64,000 nt of DNA, taken from the NCBI GenBank assembly GCA_045803245.1, contig JBJMPK010000122.1:438-64437 (forward strand), written 5' to 3'. The stretch is from Gemmatimonadales bacterium. GTDB taxonomy: Bacteria; Gemmatimonadota; Gemmatimonadetes; Gemmatimonadales; GWC2-71-9. Below are positions 17,940 to 31,377 of this stretch, in pieces (position 1 is the stretch's first letter; each line of letters begins with the position of its first letter). The notes below the pieces were generated by a model. The model was not told the origin of the DNA, did not search any database, and was given only the letters and a program-made list of their open reading frames with translations. The position numbers and the translations under genes were made by a program.

Positions 17940-19397
17940 ATGAAGCGTAGTTTTATTTTCGCCGTTGCTGCGGCGCTCGCTGTCGGAGCCTGTAGCGACC
18001 AGCAGGAGCCGACGACCACTAATTCGAATCCGGGCGAGTTCGCCTCGACCGCGGGAACCAAGCCGATCAACGTTGTCACCAGGACTCCAGCCACTCCTGC
18101 CCAACTAGCCGAGCTGGCCAAGTACGGCAGCGTTCTGAAGGAAATCCGCGAGATCAAGGCCGTCATCATGACAGGCAAGGAGTCGAGCCTCGCTTCTATC
18201 CGGGCGCTTCCGTTCGTAGCGGCGGCGAACTTCGATGCCGAGCGGAACATCCCGCCAGACGTTCAACTTGGCGTTTCGAATTTCACTACGATTGGACTAA
18301 GCACCTGGGATCTCGACGCGGTGAACGTGACCGACCGCGTACCAGGACTGAATAACGACAGGGTAATTGGTTACGATGGCACCGGTGTGTACGTCGCGAT
18401 TCTCGATACCGGCTTGCTTCCAACCTGGCGCTATTACTTCCCGGTCGAGCGGATCGCTACCCAGTATGCCAAGTCGTTCGGCGGCGGCGGCAACGACCGC
18501 GGTGCCGTCTCCGAGCAGCCGAACAAGTGGGAGCACGACAATCACTCGCACGGTACTCACGTCACCAGCACCGTCCTTGGCTATGTCATCCGCGGCACTC
18601 CGATCAACGGAGTTGCGCCGAAGGCGAACGTCATTCCGGTCAAGGTCCTGGGCCAGACCGGCAGCGGTTGGTCCTCTGTCATCGCCGCCGGCATCACCTA
18701 CATCGGCACCTTGAAGGGAGTCGGTGGGGCACTGCACAACAGCCCGGTCGTCATCAACATGAGCCTGGGCGGACCGGACCTCGATGCCGTGGAAAAAGCG
18801 GCGATCGACTTTGCGGTCGGTAACGGCGTCATCATCGTGGCGTCGGCAGGAAACTCCGGCCCCACTGGGAAGATGGGATACCCGGGCGCCTATCAGCCGG
18901 TTATCGGCGTGGCGGCATCAGGATGGGTGGGTGAGTGGCGGAACTGCAACGGAGCGCCCGGAATCTTCGGCGGCTGGTGGAATGCCTGTAACGTGCCGGA
19001 TCCGACTAGCGCGGCCGACTTCTACATCACCGACTTCTCCAGCCGTCAGGGAACCAATTCAGACGGAACCCCTCAAGACCTCGATGTGGCTGCGCCCGGC
19101 AGTTGGGTGGTAGGTCCGTTCCAGCAGCAGCAGGGCCAGCTCAGCTGGTTCTTCCTCGGTGGCACCTCGATGGCCAGCCCGCACGTCGCGGGGATCGCGG
19201 CCCTCATGGCTCAGAAGAGGAACACGCTTACCGCGGCTGACGCCGAGGCCATCCTTAACGCGACGGCGATCCCGCTTGCACCCGGTTGCCGCAACGTCCT
19301 CAATCCCAACACGGGGGCGGAGGACAATACCTGCTGGGGAGCTGACGCCACCGGTGCCGGTCTCGCGACCGCTGATGCGGCGCTGGCAGGAACCTGA
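17940..19397 (+). CDS. subtilisin-like S8 serine protease, lipoprotein
   Basis: Lipobox (LAVGAC). Catalytic triad contexts VAILDTGL, HGTHVTST and GGTSMASPHVAG. AGGAAG lies 8 nt upstream of the ATG. Confidence 0.9.
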   Translation: MKRSFIFAVAAALAVGACSDQQEPTTTNSNPGEFASTAGTKPINVVTRTPATPAQLAELAKYGSVLKEIREIKAVIMTGKESSLASIRALPFVAAANFDAERNIPPDVQLGVSNFTTIGLSTWDLDAVNVTDRVPGLNNDRVIGYDGTGVYVAILDTGLLPTWRYYFPVERIATQYAKSFGGGGNDRGAVSEQPNKWEHDNHSHGTHVTSTVLGYVIRGTPINGVAPKANVIPVKVLGQTGSGWSSVIAAGITYIGTLKGVGGALHNSPVVINMSLGGPDLDAVEKAAIDFAVGNGVIIVASAGNSGPTGKMGYPGAYQPVIGVAASGWVGEWRNCNGAPGIFGGWWNACNVPDPTSAADFYITDFSSRQGTNSDGTPQDLDVAAPGSWVVGPFQQQQGQLSWFFLGGTSMASPHVAGIAALMAQKRNTLTAADAEAILNATAIPLAPGCRNVLNPNTGAEDNTCWGADATGAGLATADAALAGT

Positions 19398-19424
19398 TCT
19401 AACAATCCCTACGCAGTCATAAAC

Positions 19425-19455
19425 AAAGGGCCGCCTGTATGGCGGCCCTTTGTGT
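19425..19455. terminator. intrinsic terminator hairpin
   Basis: aaagggccgcc (19425-19435) / ggcggcccttt (19441-19451) form a perfect 11-bp stem with a 5-nt loop, flanked by A and T runs. Confidence 0.75.
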
Positions 19456-19543
19456 ATCGTGATTCACTAAAGCTCTGGCAGAAACCAGAACTTAGCGCGA
19501 GTATAAGGAGAAGTCTCAAGTGCGCCTACGCACCGGAGGGCAC

Positions 19544-19696
19544 ATGCTCTGGACTATCTTCGCGGTTCTTGTGGTACTCTGGCTCCTCGGAATCGTCTCG
19601 GCCTATACCTTCGGCGGCTTCATTCATGTGCTGCTCGCCTTAGCCGTCGCCGTGGTCCTGCTTCGCGTTATTCAACAGCAACGCTCCTCAGACTAG
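19544..19696 (+). CDS. lmo0937-family small membrane protein (50 aa, below ORF-track cutoff)
   Basis: ATG 19544, preceded by GGAGGG at 19535-19540. Translation is MLWTIFAVLVVLWLLGIVSAYTFGGFIHVLLALAVAVVLLRVIQQQRSSD, which closely matches the two-helix lmo0937 family pattern. TAG at 19694-19696. Confidence 0.7.
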   Translation: MLWTIFAVLVVLWLLGIVSAYTFGGFIHVLLALAVAVVLLRVIQQQRSSD

Positions 19697-19723
19697 GCCC
19701 GAGCCAGAGCCATTCTCCGTTCC

Positions 19724-21379
19724 TCATCTGCGTTGATCTGCGTCATCTGCGGCTGCAGTATCGGCCGCGGTGGAATCCGCTGCCGCTGAGTCCGAAGGCC
19801 ACCAGGACGGGGCCGCGGTCTGTTCTCCGCCCAGCTGCGGTGGCTCGCCCGTAGAGGTATCCGCCGGGATCACCACGCCGTTGGCTCCCAACAGTCGGAA
19901 CAGCTTCCACTGAGCCTTGCGCGCCGCGCCGGGACGGGAGCCGTTGTACATGAGAGAAACGAGAAGAGTCCCCTCGGGTCGCCCCAAATATCCCACTACT
20001 GTCGATACCCGGCCGAGCGTGCCGGTCTTGGCCCGTACGACGCCCGCGCCAGGGAAGCCGCTGTTCAGTCTCCGCAGAGTTCCGGTTCCATTCGCCGGCA
20101 GCAGCTGGGGGAAGTTGTGGCCGGCGGCAGTGGCGGGGAACTTTGCCAGGTAGGTGACGAACGCCAAAGACGTAACCCGATCTTGATACGATAGCCCGCT
20201 GCCGTCGACCAGGTGCACTCCCTCGTCCTGGCCGGTTACCTGCTGCACATGGGCCATGAGGTTGTTCGGCCCCTGCTCCCGGCCGCCGGCCCACTGGAGC
20301 AACAGCTCGGCGCCGAGGTTGAGACTCCTGCGGTTGATCTCGCTCGCGAGGGAGTCCAGGGTCGGCGATGAAACCTCCGCGAGCACCCGGGGAGACGCGT
20401 CGAGCGAAGCTGGCGGCTTGGCGGAACGGTTCCAGATCACACCGGCCTTGCGGAGCGCATTGGCCCACACAGCCCCCAGTACCACTCTCGGATCGGAGGC
20501 AGTAGCGGTGAGCCGTCGAGGCACCGCGCGAATCCCGATGCTCCCGGTAACGACCCATCCTCCACCTCGGCGGGGCCGTAACCGAAGACGCGAGCGTCGC
20601 CCGGTGTGGGTCGTGGCGGTCACGCTCACAAGTGAAGTGATCCCTTCGGGAGCGGTCCCCACCAGGCGCGCCTTGTCGCCCAGGCCGCGGCCAGGACGGA
20701 TGGTGAGCCAAACAATGTTTTCGTGCACCGTGAGCGGCCCGACCAGGGGGGCAAAGAGGCGCCCCATATGCCGGGGAGACCAGACGTCCGGATAAACCGC
20801 GTCGGCCGGCCCATCTTCGCTCTGTACCTGAAGCGGACCCGCCAGCCGATGAACGCCGGCGCTCGCGAGCTGAGCGGCCAGGTCGTAGAGAGTGGGGCCG
20901 GATCCTTCGGCTCGCTCCAGCGAGGGATCTCCGTTCAGCTCCAGGGCCCAATCACCCAGCCATTCGCCACTCGCTGTGTCGATCGTTCCGGCTCCAACGA
21001 CTCTGGTAGCGCGGCGCGCGGTGCCGCCCAGAACGCTTCGGGCGTACCCGGTGGTAAAGAGTTTGACCGCGGATGCCGGCATGAGGGAGAGATCCGGGTT
21101 CATGCTCCAGAGGATGCGTCCGGACTGATCGGCAACGGCTATGCCCCATTCTCCCGGCGCGGCGCGGGTGGTGGTCTCGAACCACTCAGCCATGCGATCG
21201 TGCAGCCACAACGCGTTGGTCTGAGCCTGAAGGAGAGGTATTCGGCCGCTGAGCGCCGCCGTTGCGGCAAGGACAAGACAGGCGCGACGAGAGCAGGACA
21301 AAAGTTCCACGGGGTTCTCTGAGTTATCCGTTAGAGATGAGGCGGATCGTGCGGTCGGAACTGCGTCGTACCAACTCAC
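19724..21379 (-). CDS. dacB: D-alanyl-D-alanine carboxypeptidase/endopeptidase (PBP4, S13)
   Basis: SxxK (PASAVKLFTTGYA), DGSGLS and KTGTL motifs, plus an N-terminal signal region. The start is uncertain. Confidence 0.85.
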   Translation of the reverse strand: MSWYDAVPTARSASSLTDNSENPVELLSCSRRACLVLAATAALSGRIPLLQAQTNALWLHDRMAEWFETTTRAAPGEWGIAVADQSGRILWSMNPDLSLMPASAVKLFTTGYARSVLGGTARRATRVVGAGTIDTASGEWLGDWALELNGDPSLERAEGSGPTLYDLAAQLASAGVHRLAGPLQVQSEDGPADAVYPDVWSPRHMGRLFAPLVGPLTVHENIVWLTIRPGRGLGDKARLVGTAPEGITSLVSVTATTHTGRRSRLRLRPRRGGGWVVTGSIGIRAVPRRLTATASDPRVVLGAVWANALRKAGVIWNRSAKPPASLDASPRVLAEVSSPTLDSLASEINRRSLNLGAELLLQWAGGREQGPNNLMAHVQQVTGQDEGVHLVDGSGLSYQDRVTSLAFVTYLAKFPATAAGHNFPQLLPANGTGTLRRLNSGFPGAGVVRAKTGTLGRVSTVVGYLGRPEGTLLVSLMYNGSRPGAARKAQWKLFRLLGANGVVIPADTSTGEPPQLGGEQTAAPSWWPSDSAAADSTAADTAAADDADQRR

Positions 21380-21747
21380 GGCGGAGTCGCAAATCTACCC
21401 TGGTGCCCGTCTTGCGAGCCAGATTCAAGGGCAAATTGCAAAGCTGCTTATCCGAAAGTGGCTTGGAGAGAGAGCCTGACCGCATCTTAGGCGCTCCCCA
21501 TTTTCAAAGCAGCAATTCCCGGGCCCACCAAACGATTGCACCACGAGCCGCTTCGGGCCTTCCCAGGACGACCGCGGAGCTGTCGCCATGGCGGTCCTGC
21601 AACGGGGTGAGCCAAATCACAGAAGCCCCCATAGCCGGCGGATATGATGCTCCCCTGGGACACTTTCGATGGGCCGAGCGTAATCGCCGGCATGGTGCCG
21701 GAACGCGGGACCCGGATGACTCATTGCACGGCGACCAAGGAGGTTCA

Positions 21748-22305
21748 ATGCGAATTCACTCTTCCACCCGCTATGCGGCCCTGGCAGCACTTGCAGGCGC
21801 CTTAGCGTGTGCAGGCAACAAGGCCCGTACTGACGACACGACGCGGCCCGATCAAGCGGCCGCTGCCCGGGATACGACTTCAGGCCGTGATACCCTGAAT
21901 GGCCAGGCCCAGAATCCACCGGGTTATCGGGGAATGGAGCGCGACACCAGCGTCGCTCCGGAACGCCAGCAGACCCCGACTGACACCTTCCTCCAGCGGC
22001 AGGGACAGGGTGCCCCTCAGGACACGGCCGGCTACTCGGGAATCGAGCGGGACACCACCGGCCAGGGCAGACAGCAGAGTCAGGCTGATACCACTGCCGC
22101 AGGCCGGACCGACACGACCAGCGCAGGCGTGGGCCGGGATACCACAGGCATGAGCGGCATGGATTCGACGCAAATGCGTTCCGACACCACCAGCAGCAGC
22201 GGCGCGGGCCAGACCGGTCTGGACTCGACCGGCATGTCTCGCAGCGGCGATACGACCGGCTACAACCCGGCGCAGCAACCCCAGGATTCGACCAGCGCCC
22301 GTTAA
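21748..22305 (+). CDS. Thr/Asp/Gln-rich low-complexity lipoprotein
   Basis: ORF 21262..22305 trimmed to the ATG at 21748, preceded by AAGGAGG. Lipobox (LAGALACAG). Repeated GY-x-G-[MI]-ERDT[ST] units. Confidence 0.6.
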   Translation: MRIHSSTRYAALAALAGALACAGNKARTDDTTRPDQAAAARDTTSGRDTLNGQAQNPPGYRGMERDTSVAPERQQTPTDTFLQRQGQGAPQDTAGYSGIERDTTGQGRQQSQADTTAAGRTDTTSAGVGRDTTGMSGMDSTQMRSDTTSSSGAGQTGLDSTGMSRSGDTTGYNPAQQPQDSTSAR

Positions 22306-22328
22306 GCTCCACGCAGGTCAGGTCCCGG

Positions 22329-22364
22329 TTCGGGGGCGCGAGGTGGCGCCCCCGAACTGTTTTT
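22329..22364 (+). terminator. intrinsic terminator
   Basis: ttcgggggcgc (22329-22339) / gcgcccccgaa (22346-22356) form the stem, followed by ctgttttt. Confidence 0.8.
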
Positions 22365-22515
22365 CCTCCTCTGCTGGGTAACGGTGTGACCGGACTCACG
22401 ATCATGCACCGTCACCTCTCACCGCGCGACACCCTGCAGCACCGTAGGCTGGGTCTGGTTCGCACATAACGCAGCCCCACACGCCAGTTTTTCAGGATCC
22501 TGGAGGATAGAGCTC

Positions 22516-23742
22516 ATGAACTTCAACTCTCACGGCCGAGCGCTGGTCCGTAGCATCGTTGCTGGCGCACTGGTTCTGGCTGCGACATCCGGTTGTTCGC
22601 GCTCGGACCGCGACAACACCCAGTCGGGCACCGCCTCGAGCTCGACCGCAACGACCGACACCACCGCAACCGTCGATACCGCTGCCACCGCTCCGGCTCA
22701 GCCGAGTACTGCAACGCAGCCTACCAGCGACAGCCGCCGGGCCGGGAATGACACGGCTAAGGCTACCGCCCATACCCGCCCTCACCATCAGAAGCCAACG
22801 GCCAGCGGCCAGATCAAACAAGATTCCACCAGTGATCAGGCAGCCGCCGGATATGTGGGCATGCAGCGCGACACTACAGCCCAAGCCACGGACACGGCCT
22901 CCACTGAAATGGCGGGTGCCGCAACCGATACCGCGGATACCGCAGCTGCCGCAGGCTCCGAGATGGCGCGGGACACCAGCACCGAACTGGCCAGCGCCAA
23001 CGAGGCGGGTAATGCCACAGTCGATACCACCGGTAACGCAGGACGGATTCGCCCACCCGAGGATTCGACCGAAATCGCAGGCCAGGTGACGACCGACGCG
23101 GCTGCCGGCGCGGCCAACGGCAACGTGGCAAACAATTCAGAGTCGGACCGGGTGCGTCCACCCGCGGATTCGGCTGAGACCGATACCGCGAATGTCCAAG
23201 TCAAGGTCGACACCGCGACGGCCGATGTGGCCCAGAGCGATACCGTTGCGGCTGCCGCAGATTCGGCCGCGACCGATACCTCAAACGCCGCGGTCCAGGT
23301 CGACACCGCCACGGCTGAGGTCGCCCAGGGCGATACGGCCACGGCCGCGGTAGACACGACAGGCAATGCCGGCCGTATCCGCCCGCCCGAGGATTCAACC
23401 GAAGTCGCCGGCCAGGTGAGCACCGACAGCACGACCGGCGCTATCGCCAGCAAGTCGGAGTCGGACCGGATACGTCCCCCCGAGGATTCCACCGAGACCC
23501 ACGGAAACGTTTCCAGCGACGAGAAGGTCTCGGCCGACGCGACCGGGGCCGCGTCAATGACCCCCATGGTAACGGGGCCGGAGGCGGTCTCGCTGCTGAC
23601 CCGCGCCGGCGAGCGCTGCACGATGTTGGACCGGGAGTCCACCGAGGCGGCCTGGGACATATCGGACAGCCCCGCCAACTTGAATCCTTGCGGTCCTGGC
23701 ACGATGACGCTTTCACCCGTGAGGACCGGAGAGACGCATTAA
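22516..23742 (+). CDS. repeat-containing Thr/Asp/Ala-rich lipoprotein with Cys-containing C-terminal domain
   Basis: GGAGG lies upstream of the ATG. Lipobox (LAATSGC). Shares GYVGMQRDTT with the preceding gene. Four R[IV]RPP[EA]DS[TA]E motifs. C-terminal ~60 aa are non-repetitive with two Cys. Confidence 0.65.
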   Translation: MNFNSHGRALVRSIVAGALVLAATSGCSRSDRDNTQSGTASSSTATTDTTATVDTAATAPAQPSTATQPTSDSRRAGNDTAKATAHTRPHHQKPTASGQIKQDSTSDQAAAGYVGMQRDTTAQATDTASTEMAGAATDTADTAAAAGSEMARDTSTELASANEAGNATVDTTGNAGRIRPPEDSTEIAGQVTTDAAAGAANGNVANNSESDRVRPPADSAETDTANVQVKVDTATADVAQSDTVAAAADSAATDTSNAAVQVDTATAEVAQGDTATAAVDTTGNAGRIRPPEDSTEVAGQVSTDSTTGAIASKSESDRIRPPEDSTETHGNVSSDEKVSADATGAASMTPMVTGPEAVSLLTRAGERCTMLDRESTEAAWDISDSPANLNPCGPGTMTLSPVRTGETH

Positions 23743-23743
23743 G

Positions 23744-23783
23744 GCGGGGAAGCGGGGAAGCGGGGAAGCGGGGAAGTAGGGAA
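23744..23783. repeat. 8-bp tandem repeat (gcggggaa x4 plus one degenerate unit)
   Basis: Read directly from the sequence, immediately after the TAA at 23740-23742. Confidence 0.8.
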
Positions 23784-23797
23784 ATTGCTGGGAAAGC

Positions 23798-23836
23798 CGA
23801 GGGGGCCTGAAGCTGGTCTGAGCTTCGGCCCCCTCG
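23798..23836. terminator. bidirectional terminator hairpin between convergent genes
   Basis: cgagggggcc-t-gaagct / agcttc-ggccccctcg forms a 16-bp stem with one bulge and a 6-nt loop. Confidence 0.7.
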
Positions 23837-23840
23837 CTGC

Positions 23841-25004
23841 TTACTTCAACAACCCTTTCGCGATCGTCTGCAACTGCATGTTGCTCGTACCCTCGTAAAT
23901 CGTTCCGATCTTCGCGTCGCGATAGTACTTCTCGGCCGGATACTCTTTGGAGTACCCGTACCCGCCAAACAGCTCGAGACACGAGGAGGTGATCCGGTCG
24001 GCCACCTGGGAGCTGAACAGCTTGGCCATGGCCGCCTGCTGGGCAAACGGCTGGCGCGCGTCCTTGAGCCGGGCGGCGTTGTAGACCATTAGCCGCGCCG
24101 CCTCCAGATCGGTGGCCATCTGGGCCAGCTGGAACTGCACTGCCTGGAACTCCGCTATGGCTTTACCGAACTGCCGGCGTTCCTTGACGTAGGCCGTTGC
24201 CGCCTGGAGCGCCCCGGTGGCCACCCCGATCATCTGGGCGCCGATCCCGATGCGACCCTCGTTCAGGGTCTCGATCGAGATCTTGTAGCCCTGGCCCACC
24301 GGCCCGAGCACGTTGTCCGCCGGAACGACGCATTCCTCCAGAATCAGCTCGGTGGTACTGGAAGCCCTGATCCCGAGCTTGTTTTCCTTTTTCCCGATGG
24401 AGAAGCCGGGAAAGCCGCGCTCGACCAGAAATCCGGTGATGCCCTTATAGCCTTTGGCGGGGTCCGCGTTGGCGAAGACGATGAACAGGCCTGCCTCCGC
24501 TCCGTTGGTGATCCAGAACTTCCGGCCCGTGAGGATCCACTCGCTGCCTCTCCGCTCGGCCCGCGTTGCCAACGCAAACGCGTCGCTACCGCTGCCCGGC
24601 TCCGAGAGAGCGAAGGCGCCCAACAGCTCGGTCGTAAGCCGGGGGAAATAGCGGCGCTGCTGCTCGGCGCTGCCCCACCGGAGCAGGCCGTTGTTTACCA
24701 GAGTGTTGTGAACGTCGACATAGATAGCCGCCGAGGCATCGACCCGGGCCAGCTCTTCGATGGCCAGGACCGCCATGAAGATGCTGCCTCCGCTTCCACC
24801 GTACTGCTCCGGCACCTCGATGCCCATCAATCCCAGCTCGAAGAATTTGGGAATCAGATCGGGGCGGAACTGGGCCGCCTCGTCCATGTCGTGGACATGG
24901 GGCCGGATCTCGGTCTCGGCGAATTCCCGGACCGCGTCTCGGAACATGGATTCTTCATCTGATAAGCTGGTGAGGGCGGGGGCATTGCTACTGAGGTCCT
25001 GCAT
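23841..25004 (-). CDS. acyl-CoA dehydrogenase (short/branched-chain type)
   Basis: ORF trimmed to the ATG at 25004 (MQDLSSNAPALTSLSDEESMFRDAVREFAE). Full-length ACAD pattern, ending YEGTSNMQLQTIAKGLLK. Confidence 0.9.
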   Translation of the reverse strand: MQDLSSNAPALTSLSDEESMFRDAVREFAETEIRPHVHDMDEAAQFRPDLIPKFFELGLMGIEVPEQYGGSGGSIFMAVLAIEELARVDASAAIYVDVHNTLVNNGLLRWGSAEQQRRYFPRLTTELLGAFALSEPGSGSDAFALATRAERRGSEWILTGRKFWITNGAEAGLFIVFANADPAKGYKGITGFLVERGFPGFSIGKKENKLGIRASSTTELILEECVVPADNVLGPVGQGYKISIETLNEGRIGIGAQMIGVATGALQAATAYVKERRQFGKAIAEFQAVQFQLAQMATDLEAARLMVYNAARLKDARQPFAQQAAMAKLFSSQVADRITSSCLELFGGYGYSKEYPAEKYYRDAKIGTIYEGTSNMQLQTIAKGLLK

Positions 25005-25038
25005 ACGCGCCGGACTCCGGGAATGCGGACGTGGGACG

Positions 25039-30659
<5,621 letters not shown>

Positions 30660-30677
30660 CAGTGATCTCCGGATATT

Positions 30678-30760
30678 AAAAAACCCCGAAGCCAAAACGC
30701 CTCAAGGGGAGCGTTTTAGCGGTTTATTTAACGTGGCCGCAATCAGCGCAAATCGCCACG
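30678..30760 (-). promoter_or_regulatory. structured metH leader: hairpin, possible pseudoknot tail, and terminator/antiterminator (riboswitch-like, class unverified)
   Basis: In RNA sense: P1 hairpin CGUGGC..GCCACG (30732-30760). A GCUAAAACGC tail follows. AAAACGC (30711-30717) can pair with GCGUUUU (30694-30700). The alternative structure is CCCC-GAGGC/GCUUC-GGGG (30684-30709) followed by U6 (30678-30683). Confidence 0.4.
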
Positions 30761-30788
30761 GAGTCAATTGTTAAGCCTAAAGCTAACG

Positions 30789-30804
30789 CTCTCGGCGTCG
30801 AGAG
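30789..30804 (-). terminator. short hairpin directly after the yggT-like stop
   Basis: ctctcg gcgt cgagag forms a 6-bp stem. No clear U-tract follows, so terminator function is uncertain. Confidence 0.3.
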
Positions 30805-30805
30805 T

Positions 30806-31327
30806 CTAGAGCAATCCCATGACGAAGCCTCGGACCACATACAAGACGAGCCAGGCCACCATGGGGCTGAAATCGATCATGCCAAATGGGGGGAGAATTC
30901 GCCGGATAGGGTCAATGAGCCAGTTGGTGAGGACGTAGAAAGGACGCATCCATTTTCGGTAAGGACCGATACCGAACCACGATCCGATGACTCGGATCAG
31001 AATCGCGGTCATGAGGACGGTAAAGAGGAAACTCACCAGCGATTCCAGCCACATCCGGGGTCCACTCTGGGCCATGAATTCCAGGCGCACGACCGTATCG
31101 ATGAGCCATGCTGCCAGGCTCATGAGGACCAGACCGGCGGCTATCACGAGGCCAAGGAGCCAATAAGGGGCATTCTGAGGATTGCCGCCGGCCCGGATGA
31201 CGCGGCGTTCAAGGGGCAAGACCACCGGATCGCTGATCCGGCGGACGAAACGGGCCCAGCCGCTGAACGGCTCGATGCGCCGGTTTCGAACCGCCCAGTG
31301 CGTAACCGCAACGATCGCCGCGTACAC
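30806..31327 (-). CDS. YggT-family membrane protein (start probably upstream)
   Basis: Two YggT repeats (DPVVLPLERRV and DPIRRILPPFGMIDFSPMVAWLVL). The first canonical start, GTG 31327, truncates a hydrophobic helix that continues in frame upstream (ILFYLHTAIRSLVLLAL). Confidence 0.75.
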   Translation of the reverse strand: MYAAIVAVTHWAVRNRRIEPFSGWARFVRRISDPVVLPLERRVIRAGGNPQNAPYWLLGLVIAAGLVLMSLAAWLIDTVVRLEFMAQSGPRMWLESLVSFLFTVLMTAILIRVIGSWFGIGPYRKWMRPFYVLTNWLIDPIRRILPPFGMIDFSPMVAWLVLYVVRGFVMGLL

Positions 31328-31377
31328 CAGAGCGAGGAGAACGAGGCTTCGAATCGCGGTGTGCAGGTAGAAGAGGA

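Noticed and set aside
19452-19643. 63-aa + strand ORF
   Set aside because: It starts within the terminator hairpin and has an implausible sequence. The overlapping 50-aa lmo0937-type ORF in another frame is far better supported.
23744-23783. Possible CRISPR or minisatellite
   Set aside because: These are only 8-bp units in direct tandem with no spacers. This is a simple short tandem repeat in a 3' intergenic region, not a CRISPR array.
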